64,000 nt of DNA from Terracidiphilus sp. (GCA_035531055.1 DATKTQ010000317.1:11335-75334); one strand, 5' to 3'; shown: positions 45,461 to 56,214, counted from the stretch's first letter. The notes: generated from the letters alone by a model not told the origin. Translations and numbers: made by a program.

Positions 45461-48400
45461 ATGAGCGAGGCCAATTTTCCCACTACCGCCACTTCCGTCC
45501 AAACCCACTTTAACCAGAGCGGACTTACATTTAGCCGCCGCTTTTCCCGCGAGGGCGTTTCGCCTTACGACGAGGTGCAGTGGGAGCGGCGCACCGCGCT
45601 GATTTCCGACAGCAAGGGCAACACGATTTTTGAGCAGAAGGACGTGGAGGTGCCGCTGGACTGGTCGATGACGGCGACCAACATTGTGGCCTCAAAATAT
45701 CTGCACGGGCAGGTGGGAGCCCCGGAGCGGGAGACCGGCGTTCGGCAGCTGGTGGAGCGCGTGGCGGAGACGGTGCGCGACTGGGGTATTACCGGCGGAT
45801 ATTTTGCTTCGGCGCAGGATGCGGCGGTGTTCTATGACGAGCTGGCATCCATGCTGCTGACGCAGCGGGTGGCCTTCAACTCGCCGGTATGGTTCAACGT
45901 GGGTTGTGACCGGCTGGAGCCGCAATCGGACGGGCAGAACTGGCACTGGAATCCGGAGACGGGCGGGGTGCAGTTCTCGGCTACTGGCTATCGCAATCCG
46001 CAGTGCTCGGCCTGCTTTATCAACGCAGTGGACGACTCGCTGGACTCGATTCTGACGCTGGCTAAGACTGAGGGCATGTTGTTCAAGTGGGGCTCGGGCA
46101 CGGGCACCAATCTTTCTTCGATTCGAGGATCGATGGAGTTGCTTTCCGGCGGCGGCCAGGCCTCCGGCCCGCTGAGCTTCATGCGCGGGTTTGATGCGTT
46201 TGCGGGGGTCATCAAGTCCGGCGGTAAGACGCGCCGCGCGGCCAAGATGGTGATTCTGAACGCGGACCACCCGGACATCATGGACTTTATTGATTGCAAG
46301 GCCAAGGAAGAGGCCAAGGCCTTTACGCTGATCAAGGCCGGGTATGACGGATCGGGTCCGGACTCAGAGGCGTATTCGTCCATTTTCTTCCAGAACGCAA
46401 ACAACTCTGTTCGCGTGAGTGACGAATTCATGCGCGCCTATGAACGCGACGGCGACTTTACCACCCGCACGGTGAAGGGCAGTCAGCCCGTAAAGACCTA
46501 CAAGGCGCGCGAAATCATGCGCAAGATTGCCGAGGCGACGTGGCTCTGCGGCGACCCAGGCATGCAGTTCGACACGACCATCAACAAGTGGCACACGAGC
46601 AAGAACACGGCGCGCATCAACGCGTCGAATCCGTGTTCGGAGTACATGTTCCTCGACAATTCGGCCTGCAACCTGGCCAGTTTTAACCTGCTGAAGTTTG
46701 TGACGCCGGCGGGCACGTTCGACATTGCTGCCTATCGCCACGCAATTTCTGTGGTGATTACGGCGATGGAGATTCTGGTGGATAACTCCGGATATCCGAC
46801 CGAGGCGATTGCCAAGAATTCGCATGACTACCGGCCGCTGGGCCTGGGCTATGCGAACCTGGGCGCGCTGCTGATGGCCTTCGGTCTTCCGTATGACTCG
46901 GTGGCGGGACGCGACCTGGCGGGAGCGCTGACAGCCATCATGTGCGGTCAGGCGTATTTGCAGTCCGCGATTCTGGCGGCAGGCGGCCAGCCCATTGCCT
47001 CGGCGACGGAGCTGACGGCGAGCGTGGAGCGGCAGGGCGGCGCATGCCCGGGCTTCTATGTGAACCGTGAGCCGTTCCTGGACGTGATCCGGATGCATCG
47101 GGCCGAGGTGAACAACATCGGCAAGTCGCGCGTGATCACGGAGCCGTTTGTGGTGCCGCAGCTGGATGCACTGATTGAGGCGAGCCGCGAGTGCTGGGAC
47201 ATGGCTCTGCTTTATGGCGAGCGCTTTGGATATCGCAACTCGCAGACCACGGTGCTGGCGCCGACGGGCACCATCGGCTTCATGATGGATTGCGACACCA
47301 CAGGAATTGAGCCGGATCTTGCGCTGGTGAAGTACAAGAAGCTGGTGGGCGGCGGCATGATCAAGATTGTGAACAATACTGTGCCCGCCGCGCTGTTCAA
47401 GCTGGGCTACAACAACGACCAGGTGAACGCGATTGTGAGCTATATTGATGCGACCGGCACAATCGAAGGCGCGCCGGGCATCAAGCCGGAGCACCTGTCG
47501 GTGTTCGACTGCAGCTTTAAGCCTGCCAAGGGTACGCGCTCCATTCAATACATGGGGCACATCAAGATGATGGCGGCGGCGCAGCCGTTCCTGTCTGGAG
47601 CCATCTCAAAGACGGTGAATCTGCCGCACGAAGCAACGGTGGAAGATGTGGCCGAGGCCTATGCCGAAAGCTGGCGCCAGGGCATCAAGGCGGTGGCCAT
47701 TTACCGTGATGGATCCAAGGGCACGCAGCCGCTGAACACCAGCCTTGACGCCAAGCGGGAGCCTTCCGCGCTGGATGCCGCCGGTAGTCGCATCCTTGCG
47801 CAGTTGGCCGCGGGGTATGCCGCTGCAGATGCGGACCTGAAGACCCTGGAAGCCAAGATTGGCGATAAGCTGGAAGTCTCCTCCAAGCAGATGGTGGCCG
47901 CGGCCGTCGCGTTCCAGGAGAGCCTTGAGGAGATGGCGAAGGCGGCAGCAGCGCCCATTCTTCAGACAACGGCATTCGAGGCTCTCCAAGAGAACGCACA
48001 GGACCTGAACGCGCCTCCACGGGCGGTGCGCCATCGGCTGCAGGAGGAACGCGCCTCAATGACGCACAAGTTCTCCATTGCGGGGCATGAGGGCTATATC
48101 ACCGTAGGCTTGTATCCCAATGGCCAGCCCGGCGAGATTTTCATCCGCATGGCGAAGGAAGGCTCCACGGTATCCGGCTTGATGGATGCCTTTGCCACGT
48201 CGATCTCGTTGGCGCTGCAGCACGGAGTTCCGTTGCGCGTTCTGTGCGAGAAGTTCGCCCATACGCGCTTTGAGCCCTCGGGCTGGACGGGCAATGAGCA
48301 GATTGGCTATGCGAAGAGCCTGATGGACTACCTCTTCCGCTGGCTCAATCTACGTTTCCTTTCCGGCACGCAGTTGACGCTGTTCGCGGGGCTGGCCCCG

Positions 48401-48793
48401 CAGGTGCCACAGCTGCCCGCTGCCCCCACGCTGCTTGCTGAGCAGGATGCGGAAGAAGAGGTGGGCAACATGTCCCAGGGGCAGTTGGCAAAGCTTGCCG
48501 AAGAGGTGGCGCGAAAGCTGAACCAGATGAGCTCGCATGCTCCGAGTATGGGTGGCACGTCGGCGCCGGCCGGAGGCATTGCGCCGGAGATTCAGGCAAG
48601 CGGCACGGCAGCGCCGAGCCCTTCGCACGGTCCTGCGCTGCAGGATCGCGGCCTCTACCACGCGGCCGACGCGATGCGCGACATGTACGAGATGGGCGAC
48701 GCGCCCAGTTGCAGTACGTGCGGCGCCATCATGGTGCGCAACGGCAGCTGCTATCGCTGCATGAGCTGCGGATCCACGAGCGGCTGCAGTTAG
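45461..48793 (+). CDS. nrdJ: adenosylcobalamin-dependent (class II) ribonucleotide reductase
   Basis: FSRRFSREGVSPYDEVQWE is the N-terminus. The active-site loop is NPCSEYMFLDNSACNLAS, with TVLAPTGTIGF. The conserved C-terminal block is THKFSIAGHEGYITVGLYPNGQPGEIFIRMAKEGSTVSGLMD. The terminal Cys-rich zinc-finger tail reads CSTCG...CYRCMSCG. The ATG at 45461 follows GAGAGGAA. Confidence 0.95.
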   Translation: MSEANFPTTATSVQTHFNQSGLTFSRRFSREGVSPYDEVQWERRTALISDSKGNTIFEQKDVEVPLDWSMTATNIVASKYLHGQVGAPERETGVRQLVERVAETVRDWGITGGYFASAQDAAVFYDELASMLLTQRVAFNSPVWFNVGCDRLEPQSDGQNWHWNPETGGVQFSATGYRNPQCSACFINAVDDSLDSILTLAKTEGMLFKWGSGTGTNLSSIRGSMELLSGGGQASGPLSFMRGFDAFAGVIKSGGKTRRAAKMVILNADHPDIMDFIDCKAKEEAKAFTLIKAGYDGSGPDSEAYSSIFFQNANNSVRVSDEFMRAYERDGDFTTRTVKGSQPVKTYKAREIMRKIAEATWLCGDPGMQFDTTINKWHTSKNTARINASNPCSEYMFLDNSACNLASFNLLKFVTPAGTFDIAAYRHAISVVITAMEILVDNSGYPTEAIAKNSHDYRPLGLGYANLGALLMAFGLPYDSVAGRDLAGALTAIMCGQAYLQSAILAAGGQPIASATELTASVERQGGACPGFYVNREPFLDVIRMHRAEVNNIGKSRVITEPFVVPQLDALIEASRECWDMALLYGERFGYRNSQTTVLAPTGTIGFMMDCDTTGIEPDLALVKYKKLVGGGMIKIVNNTVPAALFKLGYNNDQVNAIVSYIDATGTIEGAPGIKPEHLSVFDCSFKPAKGTRSIQYMGHIKMMAAAQPFLSGAISKTVNLPHEATVEDVAEAYAESWRQGIKAVAIYRDGSKGTQPLNTSLDAKREPSALDAAGSRILAQLAAGYAAADADLKTLEAKIGDKLEVSSKQMVAAAVAFQESLEEMAKAAAAPILQTTAFEALQENAQDLNAPPRAVRHRLQEERASMTHKFSIAGHEGYITVGLYPNGQPGEIFIRMAKEGSTVSGLMDAFATSISLALQHGVPLRVLCEKFAHTRFEPSGWTGNEQIGYAKSLMDYLFRWLNLRFLSGTQLTLFAGLAPQVPQLPAAPTLLAEQDAEEEVGNMSQGQLAKLAEEVARKLNQMSSHAPSMGGTSAPAGGIAPEIQASGTAAPSPSHGPALQDRGLYHAADAMRDMYEMGDAPSCSTCGAIMVRNGSCYRCMSCGSTSGCS

Positions 48794-48829
48794 ATGACCG
48801 CAGGCAGCAAAGGACGAGGCCTGTGGGAG

Positions 48830-51142
48830 TTATGGCATTCCTTGCCGGTCTGACATGGACGGTGGCGCATCCTCGGGTGCGCTGCCCCAGTGAACGTTCG
48901 GATGGTCGGCCATTTGCAGAACCAATGTTGCTCCTTGCGCAATATCTGACTGGCGAAACCAGGGCTTGTTAAGCGGAGCGCCGTTCAAAGTTGCGGACTG
49001 AATATACTTGTTCTGCGCGGAGACGTGGTTGGCCACGATGACAAAATCCTTGCCGTTGGCCAGGTGGATTGTGGACCGGGCGAAGATCGGGCTACCGATT
49101 TCGAAGACCGGAGAACCAGGACACACCGGGTAAAAGCCCATGGCGCTAAAGACGTACCACGAGGAAGTCTCGCCGCCATCATCATCGCCGGGAATGCCGA
49201 GCGGGCCGGCGCCGTACCAGACGTCCATCAATTCCCGCACGCGCCGCTGCGTCTTCCATGGCTGGCCGGAGAAGTCATAGAGATACGGGATGTGGAAGCT
49301 GGGTTCATTACCCTGCGCATATTGGCCGACCAGGCCGGTTGCGTCCGGAAACTGATCCAAGAAGTGCCACTTCGATGTGCCGTACTGCTCCACAAACAAT
49401 TGATCCAGGCGCTGGTTGAATGCGTCGCGGCTGCCGAAGAGGTGAATCAATCCGGCCACATCGTGCTGCACGCCGAAGGTGTATAGCCAGGAGTTGACCT
49501 CAGTAAAGTAATCGCGGCCGCCCTGTCCGCCGCCGAGCTTCGGGTCGAAATCCGCAACCCAGTTTCCATCTTCGCTGCGCGGCGCCATGAAGTGAATGGA
49601 AGGATCAAAGACATTTTGGTAGTTATGCGCCAACCGGGTGAAGTATGCGGCATCCTCCGTTTTTCCGAGAGCCCGGGCAAGCTGCGCGACACACCAGTCA
49701 TCATAACTCGTCTCCAGAGTGACAGAAACTGCTTGTCGAAGCTCTCCGGTAACTTCGGGTACGCTTTCCTTCTCGCCTTTGGCAAGCGCCGGGAAGAAGC
49801 CTTTGGCAAAGTAGACGCGATCGAGACTCGTCAAAGGTCCGCGCTGCCAGGGAAGCATGGTGGCCTGCGTGGCATTCTTGCGCATGGCCTCGTAGGCTTC
49901 TTCCACATTGAAGTCCCGATATCCTTTTTCGTAGGTGTCCAGAATGAGCTGAGCGGCATGATGGCCAATCATCACTGCCTGCTCCCCGGCAGCGGAAGGA
50001 AAGGAAGGCAGCCAGCCGCTCTGCTCATACATGCGCAGGTACGAGCGGATGATGTCCTCCTGCCGCGCGGGATTCAGGAGCAGCTGCAGAGGGTGTTCGG
50101 AGCGGAAGGTGTCCCAGAGGCCGTCGTCGACGTAGAAGTCATGGCCATCGGAGGGGTGAACGGCGTGGTCATAGCCGCTGTAATACTTTCCGTCTTCGGT
50201 GATGTCTGTCATGCGGCTGAGTGAGCGGTAGAGTGCGGTGTAAAAAATGGTGCGTTGGCGGTCACTGCCCCCAACGACAGTGATGCGCGCCAGGGCGCGA
50301 TTCCACACGGCGCGCGTGCTCGCCTTGGTCTGTTCGAACGTCCACGCTGGAATCTCGCGCTGCAGATTGCGCCGAGCCTGATCGGTACTGATGAACGAGA
50401 TGCCCACGCGCACGTCGACCTGTTCCCCTGCCGCGCTGGGAAAATCCGAGACGAAACCAAGTTGACCGTCCGACGGGCTGGATTGACGGGGAGCGGATCG
50501 GCTCCAGGTGTCTTGCTGCCAGGTGCGAAAGGAGGCAAAAGGTCTGGAAAACTCGACGTAGAAATACTGCCGTGTCTGATTGCCCCCATCGGCCAGGTGC
50601 GCGATGGGGCCTTCGTAGAGTTGGCTGCCTTCCACGGCGCGGTCGCCGACCACTTGAAGGGACGCATCGGCTCCCATGCTGAGCGCCAGGTGCGCGTGCG
50701 GATTTGCGGGGAACGTGAAGCGATAGTAGCCGGCCTGTTGCGTGGCGGTGAGTTCGGCGCGGATGCCCCAGGTCTGCAGGTCGGCCCCATAGTAGTACGG
50801 AGTGGCGGTTTCAAAGTCGTGATCGAAGTCCGATGCGTAATCCGCTGCTGCGGTGCTTTCCTTCCCGACAGAAGCCATCAGCATCGCGGGTCCAACAGGG
50901 AAGCCGTAGATTTTGTCGGCCAGATAGCGGTCCGTGATGCCGGGGGTGGTGATGGGATAAAGGCGCGCCATGCCGTGGGGACACTGTACGTAGGGAATGG
51001 TCGCCGTGAGCAGCTGACCGATGCCCCCAATATTGGGCGAGACAAAATCGACAGGGGCCTTCTGCGCGCGCGTCTGGGCGCTAAGAGCGGCGCCGCTCAG
51101 CATGAGAGAGAGGGCGGCAACGATTGCAATCCGAATGGTCAT
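48830..51142 (-). CDS. glycoside hydrolase family 92 (alpha-mannosidase-like), secreted
   Basis: The signal peptide reads MTIRIAIVAALSLMLSGAALSAQ. The GH92-like blocks are FVSPNIGGIG...PHGMARLYP, DDGLWDTFRSEHPLQLLLNP and GNEPSFHIPYLYDFSGQPWKTQRRV. Confidence 0.85.
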   Translation of the reverse strand: MTIRIAIVAALSLMLSGAALSAQTRAQKAPVDFVSPNIGGIGQLLTATIPYVQCPHGMARLYPITTPGITDRYLADKIYGFPVGPAMLMASVGKESTAAADYASDFDHDFETATPYYYGADLQTWGIRAELTATQQAGYYRFTFPANPHAHLALSMGADASLQVVGDRAVEGSQLYEGPIAHLADGGNQTRQYFYVEFSRPFASFRTWQQDTWSRSAPRQSSPSDGQLGFVSDFPSAAGEQVDVRVGISFISTDQARRNLQREIPAWTFEQTKASTRAVWNRALARITVVGGSDRQRTIFYTALYRSLSRMTDITEDGKYYSGYDHAVHPSDGHDFYVDDGLWDTFRSEHPLQLLLNPARQEDIIRSYLRMYEQSGWLPSFPSAAGEQAVMIGHHAAQLILDTYEKGYRDFNVEEAYEAMRKNATQATMLPWQRGPLTSLDRVYFAKGFFPALAKGEKESVPEVTGELRQAVSVTLETSYDDWCVAQLARALGKTEDAAYFTRLAHNYQNVFDPSIHFMAPRSEDGNWVADFDPKLGGGQGGRDYFTEVNSWLYTFGVQHDVAGLIHLFGSRDAFNQRLDQLFVEQYGTSKWHFLDQFPDATGLVGQYAQGNEPSFHIPYLYDFSGQPWKTQRRVRELMDVWYGAGPLGIPGDDDGGETSSWYVFSAMGFYPVCPGSPVFEIGSPIFARSTIHLANGKDFVIVANHVSAQNKYIQSATLNGAPLNKPWFRQSDIAQGATLVLQMADHPNVHWGSAPEDAPPSMSDRQGMP

Positions 51143-51324
51143 CTGGGCCTCGTGGACTTTCTGTTCCGTGCTTCGGCCATGTCACGGGTGGAAGGAAGGC
51201 AGCCTTAGATGCACGTGCCATTATTCCTCATGGCGCCCATGCAGGGAAATTGCGCATGTGACACCAGCGCGCCGAGTTGAACGGGCGCGTGGTTTCCAGA
51301 GGCGCGCCCATGCCATTCTTCGAG

Positions 51325-52512
51325 TCAAAAGTCGTGGTGGCGATCCACGATGGAAGCGATGGTCTGCGAAGCATTGGGCCTGGGACCAACCGGTTCGGGC
51401 GCCGCATTTGCTTCTTCTGTCTTTGCGCGCAGCCTGGCCACGGCCTGCCAGTTGTCCTTGCGTGAAGGGTCGGCGATCCAGGGCGGCAGCGGCATGTGGA
51501 GGAAGCGGCTGAGGGCCTCCGCATATCCCTCGTACAGGGCGCGCATGGTCTGGAGCCGCTCCATCGACTGCGCATCGCGGCACATGCTTACGCCGCTCTG
51601 GCAGAGTTCCTCGTAGAGCTGCTGGTAGCGCTCCGGTGGCAGGCGATCCGGCGCATGCCTGACTGGTTCAAGCGAGAGGACCTGAGCCAGATCGACCATG
51701 GCATGGCGCGCAATCGCAAAGGTCAACTGCGCCTGGCGCGCTTCATGCCCTCGTACCCCGGCAATGAGCAGCGACGAGGTGTCCAGAATCGCCGTCAGCG
51801 CGCTGATCCAACTCTGATTGCTGTGTTGCGAGCGAAAGTAGCAGAGCAGAGGGTAGGAAATGTGGCTCTCGAGCAATTCCGCCGACCAGCGTTCCCACTC
51901 CACCAGGAGAATAGTGAGCGCGCTCTCCGCATCGGCGTCTGCATGGCGGCGCAGCAGCTCGGCGACTGTGGGTGGCGAGCCGGCACGGGCATCCAGCAGA
52001 GAGATGCTGACCTCGCGCCGCGAGAAAGCGCTGTACAACACGGGGAAATACCCCATGACAACAGCCAGGAAACCCAGGCCGGTTCCCGCCTCAAGAATGA
52101 TGAGTTCGCGCGCCAGCGCAGTGTGGGGAGTCACGTCCCCCAGCCCCAGCGTAAAGAGCGTGGTGCCGCTGACGTACAAGTCTGTGAAGAATTGAGTCTG
52201 CCCACTCGCGTCATGAAACGGTGTGCCCAGCGCGAAGAAGATAAGCGCAAAGCCTGCCACCATCCCGCCTGCCCAGACAATAAGCAAAAGGATCAAAGAG
52301 AGCGGGCCGTAGTAACTGAAGACGGTCTCGCGCTTGCGCGGATGATGCATGAGACCAGCGAAGAACGCCCAGGGTTTCCAGGTGACGATGTAAAAGATGC
52401 GCGTGATGCGGAATCGCCCGGCGGCGCGGCGTGGCAAGATGATGGTCTGGAAGGCGTCCAGCAGCACACCCACAACGCACAATGTGCCGACGATCAGACT
52501 CAGTGTCCGCAT
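51325..52512 (-). CDS. two-TM-type ion-channel family protein (K+-channel-like pore) with large C-terminal cytoplasmic domain
   Basis: The pore-helix and filter-like segment reads YVSGTTLFTLGLGDVTP and is flanked by TM helices. The C-terminal domain of about 230 aa has no motif I recognise. Confidence 0.75.
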   Translation of the reverse strand: MRTLSLIVGTLCVVGVLLDAFQTIILPRRAAGRFRITRIFYIVTWKPWAFFAGLMHHPRKRETVFSYYGPLSLILLLIVWAGGMVAGFALIFFALGTPFHDASGQTQFFTDLYVSGTTLFTLGLGDVTPHTALARELIILEAGTGLGFLAVVMGYFPVLYSAFSRREVSISLLDARAGSPPTVAELLRRHADADAESALTILLVEWERWSAELLESHISYPLLCYFRSQHSNQSWISALTAILDTSSLLIAGVRGHEARQAQLTFAIARHAMVDLAQVLSLEPVRHAPDRLPPERYQQLYEELCQSGVSMCRDAQSMERLQTMRALYEGYAEALSRFLHMPLPPWIADPSRKDNWQAVARLRAKTEEANAAPEPVGPRPNASQTIASIVDRHHDF

Positions 52513-52602
52513 GGAACCTCAGCCGCGGCAAGCCCTCCGCCTGTGCACGGGCTTCCCCGGTACCCTGTATTCTAGCCTGTACGGGAGCGCACACATTCAA
52601 CC

Positions 52603-52827
52603 ATGCAGGAAATTGGAAAAACGCTGCTCGGGTTTGGGTTGGTGCTGGCACTGGTGGGCGCCGTTTTTTTGCTGGTAGGGCGGTTCGGCGTGCCCCTGGG
52701 CCGGCTGCCAGGCGACTTTACGTACAAGAGCAAGCACCTGTCGGTGTATTTCCCGCTGGGCACGTGCCTGCTGCTCAGTGTGCTGCTGAGCGCGGTGCTG
52801 TATCTTATCTCGCGGTTCCATCGATAG
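52603..52827 (+). CDS. DUF2905 small membrane protein
   Basis: The 74-aa protein has GRLPGDFTYKSKHLSVYFPLGTCLLLSVLLS. This matches my memory of the DUF2905 signature (LPGDI...FPI). Confidence 0.65.
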   Translation: MQEIGKTLLGFGLVLALVGAVFLLVGRFGVPLGRLPGDFTYKSKHLSVYFPLGTCLLLSVLLSAVLYLISRFHR

Positions 52828-52906
52828 GATGCCGGGGCGCGCGGGACTTCATGAACGTATTTTCCTGTGGGCGGTGTGGTAGAGAGGCCAAAAGAGGACG
52901 GATGAG

Positions 52907-54388
52907 ATGTCCAAGAGGATGAAGCTGAACCTGGCAATTTCAATTGCCTTCGTGTTCGCCAGTCGCACGCTGGCTGCGCAGCCAACACCCCTGCAGGCCG
53001 CGAGCCAGTTCACCACCGCGCATCGCGCAGAGCTTGTGCAGGCCTTCCGCCATTTTCTGTCCATGCCCAATGTGGCTGCGGATCCCGAGGGCCTGCAGCG
53101 CAATGCGGCCTTTCTGCTGGGGATGCTGCGGGAGCGCGGAGTGGATGCACAATTGCTGAAGACGGAAGGCGCGCCGCCGGTGGTCTATGGCAAGGTGGAC
53201 GTTCCGGGAGCGCTGCATACCATCGTCTTCTATGCGCATTACGACGGACAGCCGGTGACGCCGTCGGAGTGGGATGGGGGTGAGCCTTTCCAGCCGGTGA
53301 TCCGCACCGTGGATGGCGAGCAGCGCATCTATGCGCGGTCGGCGGGAGACGACAAGGCAGCCATTTTTGCGCAACTCACCGCGCTGGATGCACTACACGC
53401 GGCGAATATTCCTTTGCACGCCAACATTCGGTTTGTGTGGGAAGGGGAAGAGGAAGCTGGCTCGCCGCATCTGGAACAGATTCTGATGGCGCATCGTGAG
53501 CTGGTGCACGGCGACGTGTGGCTGGTGTGCGATGGTCCGGTGGACCAGAGCGGGAAGCAGACCGTGGTGTTTGGAGCGCGCGGGGATGCGCATCTGGAAG
53601 TCACTGTATATGGTCCGCATCACGGGCTGCACAGCGGACACTACGGCAACTGGGCGCCAAACCCTGCCATGATGCTGGCGCAGCTGCTTGCGGGTATGAA
53701 GGATGCGCAGGGGCATGTCCTGATTCCGCACTTTTACGATGGCATCGTTCCGCTGTCGCAGACGGAAAAGGAGGCACTGCAGCGCGCCCCGGTGAATGAT
53801 GCCATGCTGGAGAAGGCCTTCTGGCTTGGGCATGTGGATGGGGGCGGGGCGCATCTGCTGGAACTCCTCAACCTTCCTTCGCTGAACATCAATGGCATGT
53901 CCTCCGGGCAAACCGGGGCGCGTTCCGCCAATGTGATTCCTCCCACGGCCAAGGCCGATTTGGATCTTCGCCTTGTGGTAGGCATTGACTGGCGCGTGCA
54001 GCAGCAGCGCGTGGTGGACTTCATCCATTCCCAGGGCTATTTCGTCGTCGACAAGGATCCCACGCAGGAGATCCTGCTGGCGCATCCGCGGGTCGCCAAG
54101 GTCGTTCGCGATGCTACGAGCTATGACGCAGTGCGGACGCCGATGGATTTGCCCATCGCCCGCGAAGTGATTCGAGCCGTGAAGAGTGCGCGAGGGGATG
54201 TGGTGCTGCTGCCCACCATGGGCGGCAGTGTTCCCCTGGGCGCGATGGAGCGTGCGGCGCAAACGCGAACGGTCACAGTGCCGATTGCGAACTACGATGA
54301 CAACCAGCACGCGGCGAACGAGAATCTGCGGCTCTCTTATTTGTGGAACGGCGTGGAAACCATGGCCGCCTTGCTCGAAATGCGATGA
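52907..54388 (+). CDS. M20/M25/M40-family metallopeptidase (dipeptidase-like), secreted
   Basis: The signal peptide reads MSKRMKLNLAISIAFVFASRTLAAQ. The metal-site contexts are VFYAHYDGQP, ARSAGDDKA and WEGEEEAGSP. A dimerisation domain follows. Confidence 0.85.
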   Translation: MSKRMKLNLAISIAFVFASRTLAAQPTPLQAASQFTTAHRAELVQAFRHFLSMPNVAADPEGLQRNAAFLLGMLRERGVDAQLLKTEGAPPVVYGKVDVPGALHTIVFYAHYDGQPVTPSEWDGGEPFQPVIRTVDGEQRIYARSAGDDKAAIFAQLTALDALHAANIPLHANIRFVWEGEEEAGSPHLEQILMAHRELVHGDVWLVCDGPVDQSGKQTVVFGARGDAHLEVTVYGPHHGLHSGHYGNWAPNPAMMLAQLLAGMKDAQGHVLIPHFYDGIVPLSQTEKEALQRAPVNDAMLEKAFWLGHVDGGGAHLLELLNLPSLNINGMSSGQTGARSANVIPPTAKADLDLRLVVGIDWRVQQQRVVDFIHSQGYFVVDKDPTQEILLAHPRVAKVVRDATSYDAVRTPMDLPIAREVIRAVKSARGDVVLLPTMGGSVPLGAMERAAQTRTVTVPIANYDDNQHAANENLRLSYLWNGVETMAALLEMR

Positions 54389-54622
54389 GGCGAAGCCGGG
54401 GAACTGAGAAGCTGTCGCTTCAGTAGAACACTTGGAGTAAGTCAGACACGGATGGATGGTGGCGGCAAGCCCGCTCCACGTGACCTTGTTGCGAATGGTC
54501 ACTTTAATTTCTGCAATCGCTTCTCCCGGGCACCATGCTTTCACCTGCATCAAAATCCCACATCCCATTGCAGACGGCGAAGCGGCGCAATCGACTGGTA
54601 CAAGGTATATGCTTCATGGAGA

Positions 54623-56212
54623 ATGAGCAACGTGCCAAGGATGAAGGAAAGCGCCGCCCCGTCGGTTTTGCCGCAGCCGCGGGCAAGGAAAGATGCAGAC
54701 TATGTCTTTTACGAGTTGACGCGCAGCATCTGTCCCCGGTGCAGGCGCGTCATGGATGCGAAGATTCTGCTGCGCGAGAACAAGGTCTACATGACAAAGC
54801 GCTGCCCGGCCTGCGGACCAATTGAGGCGCTTATTTACGGGGACGCCGAAGCCTATGTCCGCCTCGGCAAGTTCAACAAGCCGGGAACGATTCCGCTGGC
54901 TTACGGAACCGAGATTGTCGAGGGCTGCCCGCACGATTGTGGTCTCTGCCCTGACCATCAACAGCATGCATGCCTGGGCATCATTGAGGTGAACAGCGCC
55001 TGCAACATGGATTGTCCACTCTGCTTTGCGGATGCAAGGCCGGGCTTCAGCCTGACGCTGGAGGAAGTGGAGGCCATGCTGGAGGACTTTGTGCGCACGG
55101 AGGGCAAGCCGGAAGTGGTGCAGCTTTCCGGCGGAGAGCCCACCATCCATCCGCAAATCATCGAGTTTGTGGAGGCGGCCCGCAGGCGCGGTATTCCCTT
55201 CGTCATGATCAATACGAACGGCAAGCGAATCGCGCACGATGATCGCTTTTTGGAACAGTTGCAGGCCGCAGGGCCTTCCTTCTACTTCCAGTTTGACGGC
55301 TTTGATGCGGAGACCTACCGGGTGATTCGCGGAGACGCGAACCTTCTGGAGGAGAAGCTTCGCGCTCTGGATCGCCTTGCCTCGGCGGGCATGCATGTCA
55401 CGCTGGTACCCGCCATTGAGCGTGGCGTCAACGATCATGAGATTGGCCGCATCCTGGACTTTGCCATTCGGCATCTGGCGGTTCGCGGCGTCAACTTTCA
55501 GCCGGCATTCCACGCGGGCCGACACATGCACCACGACCCCATGCAGCGGATGACGATTCCCGACATCGTGCAATGCATCGAATCGCAAACCGGCGGAAAG
55601 TTCGTGGCCAGCGACTTTATTCCCGTCCCGTGCTGCTTTCCCACGTGCAACTCCGTAACCTATGCCTTCATCGACGGCGAAAAGGTGACTCCGCTCTCGC
55701 GCATCGTCAATGTCTATGACTATCTGGATTACATTACGAATCGCGTGATGCCGGACTTCAGCCTGGAGATCAAGAATGCGCTGGAGGGATTGTGGTCCTC
55801 GTCTTCCGTGTCGGGCTCGCAAAAGTCGGCCGAGCAGCTTCGCGTGTCCTGCCAGGCTTGCGGCCTGCCGGAGAGCCTGACGATCGGCGACATCGCCCAG
55901 AACATGCTGATGGTGATGCTGCAGGACTTTATGGATCCGTGGACCTTCAACCAGAAGAATCTGATGAAGTGTTGCAAGGAGTTTTTGCTCCCCGGGGGCA
56001 AGCAGATCCCGTTTTGCGCGTACAACTCAGTGGGCTACCGGGAGCAGGCGCGCGCCCAGCTGGAGGCGATGGAGCCGGAACGCAGACTGGCCAGGCATGA
56101 GGGAAGGGACTATCAGCCGAGGCCGGTTGTTTTTGACTTTTCCGCAAGCGCGGAAGCTGCGGTGTTGCCCATTGTGCAGGCGCCGGCGTCTGCGACCGGA
56201 GAGCGAGGCTGA
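54623..56212 (+). CDS. multi-cluster radical SAM protein with N-terminal rubredoxin-like Cys4 (tetraether/membrane-spanning-lipid-synthase-like architecture)
   Basis: The motifs in order are CPRC-x20-CPAC, CPHDCGLCPDHQQHAC, then the canonical radical-SAM CNMDCPLC. The C-terminus has Cys clusters PCCFPTC, SCQAC, KCCKEF and FCAYN. Start is uncertain. Candidates are ATG 54623, GTG 54632 (GGAGA 9 nt upstream) and ATG 54641. Confidence 0.85.
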   Translation: MSNVPRMKESAAPSVLPQPRARKDADYVFYELTRSICPRCRRVMDAKILLRENKVYMTKRCPACGPIEALIYGDAEAYVRLGKFNKPGTIPLAYGTEIVEGCPHDCGLCPDHQQHACLGIIEVNSACNMDCPLCFADARPGFSLTLEEVEAMLEDFVRTEGKPEVVQLSGGEPTIHPQIIEFVEAARRRGIPFVMINTNGKRIAHDDRFLEQLQAAGPSFYFQFDGFDAETYRVIRGDANLLEEKLRALDRLASAGMHVTLVPAIERGVNDHEIGRILDFAIRHLAVRGVNFQPAFHAGRHMHHDPMQRMTIPDIVQCIESQTGGKFVASDFIPVPCCFPTCNSVTYAFIDGEKVTPLSRIVNVYDYLDYITNRVMPDFSLEIKNALEGLWSSSSVSGSQKSAEQLRVSCQACGLPESLTIGDIAQNMLMVMLQDFMDPWTFNQKNLMKCCKEFLLPGGKQIPFCAYNSVGYREQARAQLEAMEPERRLARHEGRDYQPRPVVFDFSASAEAAVLPIVQAPASATGERG

Positions 56213-56214
56213 CG

